Below, piece by piece: positions 51,319 to 62,123 of a DNA stretch of 64,000 nucleotides. Each line of letters opens with the position of its first letter. The first letter of the stretch is position 1. The stretch lies in the IMG/VR virus record IMGVR_UViG_3300046170_000524; one strand, given 5' to 3'. This stretch comes from a virus. The position numbers and the translations under genes were made by a program. The notes under the pieces are model-generated. The model was given only the letters and a program-made list of their open reading frames with translations. It did not search any database and was not told the DNA's origin.

Positions 51319-53776
51319 TATTATATATAATATCTTCTTTGCTAAAGCTAAATTTGATATTTTGATTATCTTTAAGGTCTTTACTTAAGAGGAGTTTAGA
51401 GAGCTTGTTTTCTATGTGTTTTTGAATTAATCTCTTAACTGGTCTCGCCCCCATCTTTTCTAATGCTGCAGATTCTGCTATAAAAGATGATACTTTAGGA
51501 GTGATTGATATTTTTATATTTCTATCTTTTAATTTATCTGAAAGCTTATCTGCTTCTAGTTTTACGATTTTAGATATATCTTTTGCGTCAAAATTTTTGA
51601 ATAAAATTATTTCATTCAAGCGATTTAAGAACTCTGGCCTAAAAAATGTCTTTAATTCATTTTTTAGTTTATCCATAGCTTCTGTTTCTCCTATTGGCGC
51701 ACCAAAACCTATTGAGGGTTTACTAATTTTTTCGCTGCCTATATTACCGGTTAAAATAATTGTGCAATTAGAGAAGTTAATTTTTCTGCCTGAATTGTCT
51801 GTAACAAAACCTTCTTCGAGGATTTGCAACAAAATGTTTAAAACCTCTGGGTGAGCTTTCTCTACCTCATCAAATAATACAACGCTATAAGGATTTCTTC
51901 TAACTTTTTCAGTTAATTCTCCACCCTCTTCATATCCAACATATCCTGGAGACGCACCAATAAGGCGACTGGACGAAATTTTCTCGGAAAACTCGCTCAT
52001 ATCCAATTGAATTAATTTATCTTTGCTTCCGTATATAAATTCAGCAATGCATTTAGCTGTATATGTTTTCCCTGTGCCGCTCGCGCCCACAAGCAAAAAA
52101 CTCCCTACAGGTTTACTTGGGTCTTGTAATCCGGACTTCGATCTTAATATACATTCTGAAATTTCTTTTATAGCTTGTTGTTGGCCAACAATTTTTTTAT
52201 TTAACTGTTTAAAAAGTCCAAGCATTTTTTCGGAATCTTTTCTGGAGACTTCTGACATGGGAATTCCTGTTCTGGCAGAAATAACTTCATATATATCTTT
52301 TTTTCTAACTGAAATTTTAGATTTTATAGTTTTTGTTGCCCACTCAGAAATAACTTCGTCATATCTTTCAAGTAGATCTAATTGTTTATCCTCTAGTTCA
52401 ATAGATCTTGCGCCAGTTAAGTGAACCTTTGATTCTTGCAGGGCTAAATTTTCCAATTCTTTTTCAATGTCTTTGGCTTCCTGGGGTCTTTCAATGTTTT
52501 TAATTTTGACTTTTGAGCCGACTTGATCTAAGATATCAATTGCTTTGTCTGGAAATTGTTTATCTACAATATATCTCGCTGAGAGGTTTACAACCAGATC
52601 TAACACTTCATCTGGGTAATAAATACTATGGAATTGCTCGTATTTAGTTTTTATACCATAAATTATTTGTTTAGCTTCTTCTTTTGTCGGCTCAATAACC
52701 TTTACACCCTGAAATCTTCTATCTAGAGCTCCGTCTTTTAATATAGATTTTTTATATTCTTCTTGCGTGGTTGCTCCAATGCATTTTAATTCTCCTCTAG
52801 CCAATAATGGCTTTAATAAATTTGCTGCATCCATACTTCCTTCGGCGCTACCTGCGCCAACTAAAGTATGTATTTCGTCAATAAATAATATTATATCTTT
52901 ATTTTTCTTAGCCTCCTCGATAATGCCCTTTAACCTCTCTTCAAATTGACCTCTATATTTTGTTCCCGCTATTAAAGATCCCAAATCTAGGGAATAAATT
53001 ATTTTATTGAGCAAGAAATCGCAGCAAGATCCATTCGTGATTTCTTGAGCTAAACCTTCAACTATAGCGGTTTTACCTACTCCTGGGTCACCCAAAAGAA
53101 CTGGGTTATTTTTAGTTCTTCTACATAAGATTTCGCATACTTCAGATATTTCTTTATTCTTACCTATGATATTGTCAAATTTACCTTGAGATGCTAAGTT
53201 GTTTAAATTAGTAGCAAATTTTTCTAAGTTTTGTAATTTTGAATCTTTTGCAGGAGCTGGTTGTGTGAAGTACTTTTCTCTGCTTTTAGTGTTGGGTTTA
53301 TGTTCCTTGGATAAATGAAGATATTCTCTTACTTCGGCAATAATATCATTTTCTGTAGCATTAAATGATTCGAAATATTCTGGTATATTTGACTCTTCGT
53401 ATTTAAGCAAAGCTAAAAGTATATGTTCAATTCCAACATATTCGTGACCGAGTTTTTCGCTGATTGAAGCGGCGACCTTTAATACAAGATGAAAGTGCTC
53501 ATCATAAACAGGGGAATTTTCTTCTGGATCTACATTGAGCTGATCTTGGTCGGACATTACAAAAAGAGAGTCTTCAATTTTTTCTTTTAATTGCATTTGA
53601 TCAATTTGCAGCAAAAATAAAATTTCACTTAAAATTCCAGCATTTAAATTAACCATTCCGAAAAATAAATGATCTAATGTGATATACTCGTTAAAATATT
53701 TTTTAGCAACCTTTTTAGCTTCATTTATGGCTTGTTGTGCGCGAGGCGTAAAGTTAGGTTTTGGAGTCATTTTCAT
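51299..53776 (-). CDS. ClpA/ClpC-type AAA+ ATPase (Clp N-domain, two NBDs, IGF loop)
   Basis: GDPGVGKT, LFIDEIH, RRFQ, GASGTGKT, LFDEVEKAH, SIGFG, RPEFLNR. Confidence 0.92.
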   Translation of the reverse strand: MKMTPKPNFTPRAQQAINEAKKVAKKYFNEYITLDHLFFGMVNLNAGILSEILFLLQIDQMQLKEKIEDSLFVMSDQDQLNVDPEENSPVYDEHFHLVLKVAASISEKLGHEYVGIEHILLALLKYEESNIPEYFESFNATENDIIAEVREYLHLSKEHKPNTKSREKYFTQPAPAKDSKLQNLEKFATNLNNLASQGKFDNIIGKNKEISEVCEILCRRTKNNPVLLGDPGVGKTAIVEGLAQEITNGSCCDFLLNKIIYSLDLGSLIAGTKYRGQFEERLKGIIEEAKKNKDIILFIDEIHTLVGAGSAEGSMDAANLLKPLLARGELKCIGATTQEEYKKSILKDGALDRRFQGVKVIEPTKEEAKQIIYGIKTKYEQFHSIYYPDEVLDLVVNLSARYIVDKQFPDKAIDILDQVGSKVKIKNIERPQEAKDIEKELENLALQESKVHLTGARSIELEDKQLDLLERYDEVISEWATKTIKSKISVRKKDIYEVISARTGIPMSEVSRKDSEKMLGLFKQLNKKIVGQQQAIKEISECILRSKSGLQDPSKPVGSFLLVGASGTGKTYTAKCIAEFIYGSKDKLIQLDMSEFSEKISSSRLIGASPGYVGYEEGGELTEKVRRNPYSVVLFDEVEKAHPEVLNILLQILEEGFVTDNSGRKINFSNCTIILTGNIGSEKISKPSIGFGAPIGETEAMDKLKNELKTFFRPEFLNRLNEIILFKNFDAKDISKIVKLEADKLSDKLKDRNIKISITPKVSSFIAESAALEKMGARPVKRLIQKHIENKLSKLLLSKDLKDNQNIKFSFSKEDIIYNITEAKV

Positions 53777-53792
53777 GTAATTACACTGTAAA

Positions 53793-56351
53793 TTATTTAA
53801 TATCAGACATTTTCATATATATCTTTTCATCCATTATATTCAATGAATCTAAAAAAACTATATCTTCACCTTTTCTTCCGTATACTACTATTATGTTCTT
53901 TTTTGATGGAGTTTTCTTTTTTGATTCAAAATATCTGTCATAAAAATTACCTCTTCTTGAGTTTAAGAGCATGGCATCATATTTACCATGTTCATCTGTA
54001 ATTGATAGTTTCATATATTTATTTCCATTACGAGAAGTTCTTTTGATGCAATCTTCTACAACTCCGATAAATTTACCTTTGTCATCTGAATTCATAAGAT
54101 TTAAGTCCCTTGAATCTTTTAATGCCTCATAGGAGTCCATAAAGCATGATTTTAGTGAAGAGCTGTGACTGTATCCAAGCAACTCTGTTTCAAAATACCA
54201 ATTAGCAAAACCTTGATACATTTTATTTTTATCGTAAATTGACTTATATATGTCATATTTTTTCTTAAATGTTTTAAATCTAGACTCTTTCATCAAAGGC
54301 TTCCCGTCATCTCCAACTAGGTCGCCTTTTTTGGCATCTGCTATGCAGTTTAGAAGTTTATATTCATATTTATCACCAAGAGAAATAAAATTGCGTTTCT
54401 CTCTATCAGTGAGGAGGTTAAATGCTTGAGCTTCAAGTACCATTAGCGATCTATTTTTACCTTTACTTTCTAGAGCTCCAGCTTGTATTAACGCGCTCAA
54501 AATACCAATGTTTAATCCTGCTTGCTTTGCTGCGAGAAAGATGTCGTATTTTGTCGGAGTTTCACTAGAACGAAAATCTCTAAGAGACTGAAGGGATTTC
54601 TCGCTTACGCCCTTGATGCTATTTAGTCCAAATCTAATATTTTTACCTTCAATAGAAAAATCCATTCCAGACTTAGCTAAGTCGGGGGATAATAATTTAA
54701 TTCCGAAATTAGATAGTTCTTGGCATACTTTAGCTATTTCTTCTTGTGGAGAAGGCTCGTATTTGGTCATTTTTAATAAAGATATAAAAAACTGCTGTGG
54801 ATAGTTAAATTTTAGATAAGTGGTCCATGCTGATAGAGTTGCGTATGCAAGAGAGTGCGATTTGTTAAAAGAATAGTTCGCGCTATCTTCTGCTACACTC
54901 CACAAAATGTGGGATATTTCTCTAGGCAGATCGTTTTGCTCTACTTTGTCTTCAATCTTCTTTTTCCATGCAGGCATTTGATCAACTTTTTTCTTACCAA
55001 CGATCCTTCTGAGCTGTTCCGCTTCATCAAGAGTGAACCCAACTTTAACCGCCATTTGCATTAATTGCTCTTGATAGAGTGGAATTCCTCCTGTATAGTC
55101 TAAAACGTCACTAAAAAATTCATGGATGACCTGAGCCTCTTCTGTTTCAGAATATGTGGCATAGTTATCTAAAAATTCTAATGCACCTGGCCTTCCAATT
55201 GCCACAACTGCACTAAGCTGCTCTAGGTCTTTTGGCTTGATTTTCTTGCAGACCCTATAGTTTGTGTCAGACTCAAGCTGAAAAAGCCCGTGAGGCGCCT
55301 TCAGGCCTTGCAGAGGTTTATATACGTCTGCGTCATTTAGGTCTACAGCGGAAATATCCATGTCTAAGTTGCGACACACATCATAAATCACACTTAATGT
55401 TCTTAAACCTAAGATATCAAACTTTACCATAAGCTCTGCAACCCAATTCATGTCGTACCCTGTCACTAAAGCTCCATCATTTGATTTTTGAATTGGGCAA
55501 ATATCAGTAATTTTTTGGAAAGAAATTGCGATTCCGCTAGGGTGTACGCCAGTGTTTTTATTTAAACCTTCTAGCTTAAGAGCGATCTCAAAGACTTCTG
55601 CGTTATTAGCTGCCCAATCTGCAAATTTTTCACTCTCTTCTATTGCAGATGAAATTGGCATAACAACTCCAAACTTTTTTGGAATGGTGTCGCTAACCTC
55701 ATTAACTTCTTGCTCAGAAAATTCTCCAGCAATTTTTCCGCATTCCTTTATACAGAGCTTTCCGCTAAGAGTGTTTAGCGTTAATATTTTAGCTGTACGA
55801 GCAGGATGTTTTTTTTCTATGTATTCTATAACCTCAGCCCTTCTTTCATAAGCAATATCATTATCCACGTCAGCCAAAAGGCTGCCATCAAGATATGTTG
55901 TTCCGTTTTTTTCTATTTTTCTTGCCCTACTTTTAGAAACAAAACGCTCGAAAAATAAGCTGTATTTAACTGGATCAACATTAGTTACGCCAATTAAGTA
56001 TAAAACTAGGGAGCCCGCAGCAGATCCTCTGCCTGGGCCCGTAGGTATATCATTTTCGTGGCAATAATTTATTATATCCCAGTTTAATAAAATATAATCT
56101 ATAAACCCTAGCTCATCTAAGATTTTAAGCTCTGATTTTGCTCTATCAAAATATTCTTTCTTATTTTTAAATTTATCTATACCTCTATCATAAACTCCTT
56201 TATGGCATAGCTTACGTAGAAAGTCGAAGTTTGAAATATCTTCTGATGCATCAAGCATTTCATAGTATTTCTTTTCGATTTTAATTTCTGGTAATTTTAC
56301 GCCTGGAGGTGCACAATCTTCGTAATCTGTAAACTGTTCTGTAAAACTCAT
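53793..56351 (-). CDS. dnaE: DNA polymerase III alpha subunit core (no PHP domain)
   Basis: GPGRGSAAGSL, DVDND, HPSG, KFDILGL, FNKSHS, RFGLNSIKG; start TAATG-coupled at 56351. Confidence 0.92.
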   Translation of the reverse strand: MSFTEQFTDYEDCAPPGVKLPEIKIEKKYYEMLDASEDISNFDFLRKLCHKGVYDRGIDKFKNKKEYFDRAKSELKILDELGFIDYILLNWDIINYCHENDIPTGPGRGSAAGSLVLYLIGVTNVDPVKYSLFFERFVSKSRARKIEKNGTTYLDGSLLADVDNDIAYERRAEVIEYIEKKHPARTAKILTLNTLSGKLCIKECGKIAGEFSEQEVNEVSDTIPKKFGVVMPISSAIEESEKFADWAANNAEVFEIALKLEGLNKNTGVHPSGIAISFQKITDICPIQKSNDGALVTGYDMNWVAELMVKFDILGLRTLSVIYDVCRNLDMDISAVDLNDADVYKPLQGLKAPHGLFQLESDTNYRVCKKIKPKDLEQLSAVVAIGRPGALEFLDNYATYSETEEAQVIHEFFSDVLDYTGGIPLYQEQLMQMAVKVGFTLDEAEQLRRIVGKKKVDQMPAWKKKIEDKVEQNDLPREISHILWSVAEDSANYSFNKSHSLAYATLSAWTTYLKFNYPQQFFISLLKMTKYEPSPQEEIAKVCQELSNFGIKLLSPDLAKSGMDFSIEGKNIRFGLNSIKGVSEKSLQSLRDFRSSETPTKYDIFLAAKQAGLNIGILSALIQAGALESKGKNRSLMVLEAQAFNLLTDREKRNFISLGDKYEYKLLNCIADAKKGDLVGDDGKPLMKESRFKTFKKKYDIYKSIYDKNKMYQGFANWYFETELLGYSHSSSLKSCFMDSYEALKDSRDLNLMNSDDKGKFIGVVEDCIKRTSRNGNKYMKLSITDEHGKYDAMLLNSRRGNFYDRYFESKKKTPSKKNIIVVYGRKGEDIVFLDSLNIMDEKIYMKMSDIK

Positions 56352-56995
56352 TATACTTCTATCTCCCATATCATTTTTTTGAATACTTCGTAGTTAACTC
56401 TAATGTCATATAAAGCATCATGCAATTTTTTCTCATCAAAGTCAACATCAAAATCTTTGCAGCATTGCTTTAGATTACAACTTAAGCCTCTCTCGATAAG
56501 GTGGTTAAGTCGATATTGCCACGCTAAAAAATTATCGTCTTTGTCTAATCTAATTCTTTTCTTTAGAGCTTTTGCTAGGCAAAGAGTGTCTACTAGGTGT
56601 TCTGTGTAGCTAAAATCAGCCTCTGCATTTTCATCAATTAATTTTCGATGAACATTATGCATGTAAACATCAAAACCTAATAGATTATGGCCAACCTTGA
56701 GATATGAGTCGTCATACAAATATTTCTCAAAGTGATCTAATGCGGCTTTGGGGCATGTAGCTTTTTTCTTATACTTTGCCTCGGTAAAGCCAGTAATTTT
56801 TGCGGCATCAGGGGATACATTTAATTCTTCCCACTTAAGCCAATAATCTTTCTGTTCAACAATTTTGTTGTTTTCTATGACAAGAAATGCTAATTGCCAT
56901 GGTTTATTATTTGAAACAAGATTTAAATTACATGTTTCATAATCGAACAGTAAATACTTTTTATTCTTTTGAAATCTAAGCAGTGATTCTTTCAT
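56351..56995 (-). CDS. DEDDh 3'-5' exonuclease (DnaQ-like)
   Basis: FDYETC, GHNLLGFD, HDALYD. Confidence 0.85.
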   Translation of the reverse strand: MKESLLRFQKNKKYLLFDYETCNLNLVSNNKPWQLAFLVIENNKIVEQKDYWLKWEELNVSPDAAKITGFTEAKYKKKATCPKAALDHFEKYLYDDSYLKVGHNLLGFDVYMHNVHRKLIDENAEADFSYTEHLVDTLCLAKALKKRIRLDKDDNFLAWQYRLNHLIERGLSCNLKQCCKDFDVDFDEKKLHDALYDIRVNYEVFKKMIWEIEV

Positions 56996-57531
56996 TGAAT
57001 GTCTTTTCTTTGTGTGTTGTTATAATCGATAAATAATTCTTCATCTTTAAGAATTTCTTTATTTGTAGTAAATCGAAAACAAAAATCTTTATAATCTATA
57101 TTATAATCTATATTATTTTTTTGTGAGTGATTGTATATCATGCCATATCCCAATACAGTGGCTGTTGAAAAAATTTTATTTAAATCCTTATAACCTAGGG
57201 AATTAAGCTCTTCAATGAACGTATTTGCAATTTCTTCGTCATCTATATTAAGTAAAAATTTACTCCTAAAGTCGAGTTTTTGATTCTGTTCTGCGCTTAT
57301 TTTTTTATCATAAAACATAGAGAAAATGTATCTTTTAAGCTCCGCGTCCTGCACTTCAATTGGGCAACCAGATACGATAAAGTGACACTCTTCGATAACT
57401 TTTCCTGCCTCTATATTTTGATCTGCAAAAACTCCTCTACCCATTTTTTCTGTATTTCTTACAGAAATACATTCTGGCTTAACTAGATTGCTTTTCATTT
57501 TTTTTCTTCCAGCTTTCGAAGCAAAATTCAT
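56992..57531 (-). CDS. SET-domain lysine methyltransferase-like protein (start may be 57498)
   Basis: GRGVFA..I..G, YNHS..NN, I..DEELFIDY. Confidence 0.8.
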   Translation of the reverse strand: MNFASKAGRKKMKSNLVKPECISVRNTEKMGRGVFADQNIEAGKVIEECHFIVSGCPIEVQDAELKRYIFSMFYDKKISAEQNQKLDFRSKFLLNIDDEEIANTFIEELNSLGYKDLNKIFSTATVLGYGMIYNHSQKNNIDYNIDYKDFCFRFTTNKEILKDEELFIDYNNTQRKDIQ

Positions 57532-58252
57532 TGCTGCCGAAGTGATCTAAGTTTGGTTTTGATAATGTTTTATTACCGAAGCTTCTACCAGTGATGCACT
57601 TATATGTTTGTAGAGCCTTTACGTCTTTTTTGTTTTTATAATATATACTTTTTGTATGTTGTGTTTTTAAATTATTACCAGCTGCATACTCTTGAACTTT
57701 TTTAGCCACAAAATTATCAAATGGAAGAGAATTATTCTCTATAAACAATGTTGGCTTACAAAAATCAAAGTTTGGTGTGCAATTGCAAAATTTAATTAAA
57801 TTATTAAATATAAATGAATCATAAAATGGTACAGCCAGTAGTAAGTCTTTATTTTTCCAGTATTTTTTTAAAGTCTTGCGATCCACACAATTGAAGTTCT
57901 CTGTATTAGCTTCGCTTGATATACTATTTAACAATTTGCATCCATTTGCGTTTTTGGCAAAGATTATGATCTTATGCGAGGATTGTTGACTTTCTTCTTT
58001 AGGGTTGATTTTAGAATCTTCTTTCATGTTTATTCTTAAACCAAAAATTAATTTTAATCCAAGATTGTCTGCTTGTTTTTTAGCTTGTAGGAATCCAGTT
58101 AATGAATCTTCTACAAGAACTACTTCTTTTAATTTATTTTCTGTAGCAATTGTAAAAACACTGTCCGACTTACCTTCTTTATGTGTAATTGGATCTTCAA
58201 GCGTTAATATACTTTTGCCTATAGAAAAGTGACTTTTAAATAAAGGAATCAT
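57479..58252 (-). CDS. PHP domain of DnaE encoded as a separate gene
   Basis: KSHFSIGKSIL, GLKLIFG, IIIFAKNANGCKLL; leaderless promoter TTGACA(58287)-17-TAGAAT-6-ATG. Confidence 0.75.
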   Translation of the reverse strand: MIPLFKSHFSIGKSILTLEDPITHKEGKSDSVFTIATENKLKEVVLVEDSLTGFLQAKKQADNLGLKLIFGLRINMKEDSKINPKEESQQSSHKIIIFAKNANGCKLLNSISSEANTENFNCVDRKTLKKYWKNKDLLLAVPFYDSFIFNNLIKFCNCTPNFDFCKPTLFIENNSLPFDNFVAKKVQEYAAGNNLKTQHTKSIYYKNKKDVKALQTYKCITGRSFGNKTLSKPNLDHFGSNEFCFESWKKKNEKQSS

Positions 58253-58361
58253 GCTAATATTCTATAGTAAATATAGTTCAATGTCAAGAAAGAAAAGTTG
58301 TTAACAGCTATATATTCCTATTGACAATTACCCCCTCAAATGTTAATATTTTAAACACAAT

Positions 58362-60797
58362 ATGGATATAAAAGTAAAAAAACGAAACGGACGTCTTCAA
58401 GACTTTAATGTCGAGAAAATTAATGCTAATGTTGAACGCGCATGTAACGATATCGCTGATGTATCAGTAAGTGAAATCGTGCTAGATGCTCAACTTCAAT
58501 TATACGACAAGATCACAACCAGGGAAATTGATACAGCTCTTATATTAAGTGCTCGAGAAAAGATCGAAAAGGAACCTAACTATAGTTACGCCGCAGGTAG
58601 ATTACTACTAAATACAGTATATAAAGAAGTTTTTAAAGAAGGTGTTGATAGTGACGCGTTCAGGCTTCAATACAGGAAGAGCTTTATTCAAGGAATAAAA
58701 AAGCTCGTTAAGGGTGGTAAGCTTAATACTGGAATGTTGGAATATGATTTAGGGAAGCTTTCTGAAGCTATTCGTATTCGTAGAGATAACTCTTTTAAAT
58801 ATTTGGGTATACAAATTTTAACAGATAGGTATTTTATTAGAGAAGACGATAAAATCATGGAGGCCCCTCAGTCTTTTTGGATGAGAGTCGCAATGGGCTT
58901 AGCGCTAAACGAAGAAAATAAAGAGGATTGGGCTATTAAATATTATGATATGTTTAGTCAATTTTTATACACCTCTTCAACTCCTACTCTTTTTAATAGT
59001 GGGACTGTCAGATCTCAATTAAGCTCATGTTATTTAAACACTTTTGATGACAGTATTGATGGTATTTTTGACGGTGCTTGGCAAGAGGCTCGTAAGAGTA
59101 AATATGCTGGAGGCCTAGGTCTTGATGTAACCCCTTTTAGGTCAACAGGTTCATATATTAAGGGAACTAACGGTGTTTCTAGCGGGCTTGTTCCGTGGCT
59201 TAAGATATACAATGATCTTCTTGTCGCAGTGAATCAAGGAGGCAAGCGTCCAGGAGCTGGATGCGCTTACTTAGAGCCTTGGCATTTAGATTTTGAAGAC
59301 TTTTTAAACTTAAGGAGAAACACTGGGGATGACAGGTTGAGGTGTCATGATATGAACACTGCTTCTTGGATTCCTGATGAATTTATGCGTAGAGTTCAGA
59401 ATGAAGATGTTTGGTACTTTTTTGATCCAAAAGAATCTGGCCTGCACGATTTGTTTGGGGCGGAGTTCGATAAAAAGTACAATGAACTATGTAATCAGGC
59501 AGAAGAAGGCTTAATTAAAAATTACAGAATAACCCCTGCAAAAGAGTTGTGGAAAAAAAATGCTCAAGGTTTTATTTGAAACTTCTCACCCATGGAATAC
59601 TTTCAAAGATCCGTGCAATATTAGATATACAAATCAACATGAAGGTATTGTTCATAGTAGTAATTTATGTACAGAAATCACTCTTCACACTAAATCTTCT
59701 AAATACGAAAAGGGAGAAAAGACTAATATTGGAGAGACTGCAGTATGTAATCTTGGGTCAGTCAACCTTCTTAATCATTTAGATGAAAACAATACCTTGG
59801 ATTATGATAAATTAAAAAATACGATACATACTGCTATTAGAGCTTTAGATAGCGTTGTAGATCTTAATTTTTATCCAACTAAGGAAGCGGAGGCTAGCAA
59901 TTTAAGGCATCGCCCTATTGGTTTAGGCATGATGGCATTGCATGATATTTGTCATAGAATGAATATTAATATTGATAGTGATGAGGCTGTAGAGTTCAAT
60001 GATAAATTATTTGAATTTTATTCTTATCACGCAATATATGCTAGTTCTCTATTAGCTAAAGAAAAAGGTAGATACGAAACTTTTGATGGGTCTCTGTGGA
60101 GCAAAAATATTTTACCTATTGACTCTAATAATAGATTAATGAATTACCGTACAAAATCCAAGGAGTCTGAAAGAGGTGAGGGGGAAAGCATGAAAGACGA
60201 ATGGCTTGAATTAAGGGCTCATATATCTGAATTTGGTATGCGTAATAGTAATGTTATGGCTATTGCGCCAACAGCTACCATCGGCTATATTAATGGAGTA
60301 GAGCAAAGTATAGAACCTAATTTTTCTGTGTTGTTTGTTTATGAAAACAAAAGCGGCAATTTCTTTATTACAAATGAACACTTTATTAATGACATGAAAA
60401 ATGCTGGTTTATGGAATAGCGAAATCGCTAAGCTCGTAAAAAGCGTTGATGGGGACCTATCTTTACTAAATGGAGATATTCCATCTGAATTAAAAGAGAA
60501 ATATAAAACAGCGTTTGATCGCGATATGTTTAAACTAATTGAATGTAATGCGGCTCGCCAAAAATGGATAGACCAAGCGGTAAGCTTTAATTTATACAAT
60601 AAATCTACTTCCTTAAAGTATTTAAATGATGTTTATATGTCTTGCTGGGAAGCTGGATTAAAACAACTTATTATCTTCGTAATCGCGCTGCATCCAAAGT
60701 AGAAAAAGCTCATAATGATGAAAGTAAAAAAGAAGAACCATCCGCTTGCAGTATAGAAGCGATGAAGAATGGTGGTACTTGTGAAAGCTGTCAATAG
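58362..60797 (+). CDS. nrdA: Class Ia ribonucleotide reductase alpha subunit with ATP cone; two homopolymer frameshifts (~59555, ~60662)
   Basis: VKKRNG ATP cone, TPTLFNSG, SSC, QGGKRPG, SNLCTEI, CNLGS, APTAT; rejoined C-terminus LKTTYYLR...CESCQ. Confidence 0.92.
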
Positions 60798-61066
60798 TGA
60801 ATCGACATCAACATTTAAAAGCTTTTAAAGAAGCTATTGTTAGATGTAAATTAATTAGAAGAGATCTAAGAAGAATTAATTCTAATATAGATTCTATAAA
60901 TTATAGAAAAAATAGAGATTACGCTGAAACAGCTTATGTTCAAACATTGGAAGAGATAATAGATAGAGGTAAAAAGTATCTTTCTCTAAACCCAGAGGCA
61001 GATGAATCAATAAGAGTTGCGATAGATATTGAAAAATATCAGCATCTTTTAGATAAATTAGAGTAA
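60797..61066 (+). CDS. Hypothetical protein
   Basis: 89 aa ORF between nrdA and nrdB. Confidence 0.5.
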   Translation: MNRHQHLKAFKEAIVRCKLIRRDLRRINSNIDSINYRKNRDYAETAYVQTLEEIIDRGKKYLSLNPEADESIRVAIDIEKYQHLLDKLE

Positions 61067-61109
61067 ACTTAATCTTGACTTAGGACGTTATTTATTATAC
61101 AATAAAACT

Positions 61110-62123
61110 ATGAATGATAAAACAGGAGAATTACTAACAAAAAATATCGCGGGGGTAAATAGAATTTTACCTCATAAACATAAATATGCGTGGGATTTAT
61201 TTTTAAAGAGTTGTGCCAATAATTGGATGCCTACTGAAATTAGTATGCAAAACGACATTAAACAATGGAAAAACGATGAAATTACAGAAGACGAAAAATT
61301 ACTCGTTAAACGCTGCCTTGGATTCTTTGCGGGATCTGAGTCTTTGGTTGGTAATAACCTGCTGCTTTCGGCTTTTAGATTTATTACTGATGCTGAATGC
61401 CGTCAGTATATACTTCGTCAGGCTTTTGAAGAAAGCCTTCACAATCTTACAGTAGTATACGTTTGTGATAGTTTAGATTTGGATATAGAAGAAGTTTTTG
61501 CCGCTTACGAAACAATACCAAGCATTAAAGCAAAAGATGACTTTTTGATGACTATCACTAATGATATTAGTCGCCAAGACTTTAACGCTCACACTACAGA
61601 AGGCAAGCAAGAAATTTTACGTAATTTTTTAACCTATTGGATTGTTTGTGAAGGAACTTTCTTTTTCAGCGGGTTTGCAATGCTATTGGCTTTAGGTCGC
61701 CAAAATAAACTTCAAGGAATTTCTGACCAAATTAAATACACTCTTCGCGATGAAAGTTCTCATATTGCATTTGGCACGTATTTAATTAATACTTTGATCG
61801 AGCAAAATCCCGAAATATGGACAGAAGAAATACAGCAAGAATTTGTTGAACATATGAAAAAAGCTGTTGAGCTTGAAATAGCTTATGCGCACGATGTTCT
61901 TCCTACGGGAATACTTGGACTAAATGCAGAAATGTTTGTTGAATATATGCACTATATTGGAAATCGTAGATTAGAGGGTATTGGTCTAGAGTATCGCTTC
62001 CCTAGCGACAAAAACCCTTTCCCTTGGCTTAGTGAGGTTGTTGATGTCCAGGCAATGGGGAATTTCTTCGAAAGAAGAGTTAGGGAGTATCAACAGAGCG
62101 GCTCTTTAGAAGACGATTTCTAA
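61110..62123 (+). CDS. nrdB: Ribonucleotide reductase beta subunit
   Basis: W.P.EI, EESLH..Y, EG..FFSGF, RDESSH, FFERRVREY. Confidence 0.93.
   Translation: MNDKTGELLTKNIAGVNRILPHKHKYAWDLFLKSCANNWMPTEISMQNDIKQWKNDEITEDEKLLVKRCLGFFAGSESLVGNNLLLSAFRFITDAECRQYILRQAFEESLHNLTVVYVCDSLDLDIEEVFAAYETIPSIKAKDDFLMTITNDISRQDFNAHTTEGKQEILRNFLTYWIVCEGTFFFSGFAMLLALGRQNKLQGISDQIKYTLRDESSHIAFGTYLINTLIEQNPEIWTEEIQQEFVEHMKKAVELEIAYAHDVLPTGILGLNAEMFVEYMHYIGNRRLEGIGLEYRFPSDKNPFPWLSEVVDVQAMGNFFERRVREYQQSGSLEDDF

Noticed and set aside
59549-60797. Split nrdA, intron, intein or programmed frameshift
   Set aside because: The breaks are an A8 run (A7 expected) at 59553-59560 and an A4 run (A5 expected) near 60662. 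The rejoined protein has normal length with no insertion.
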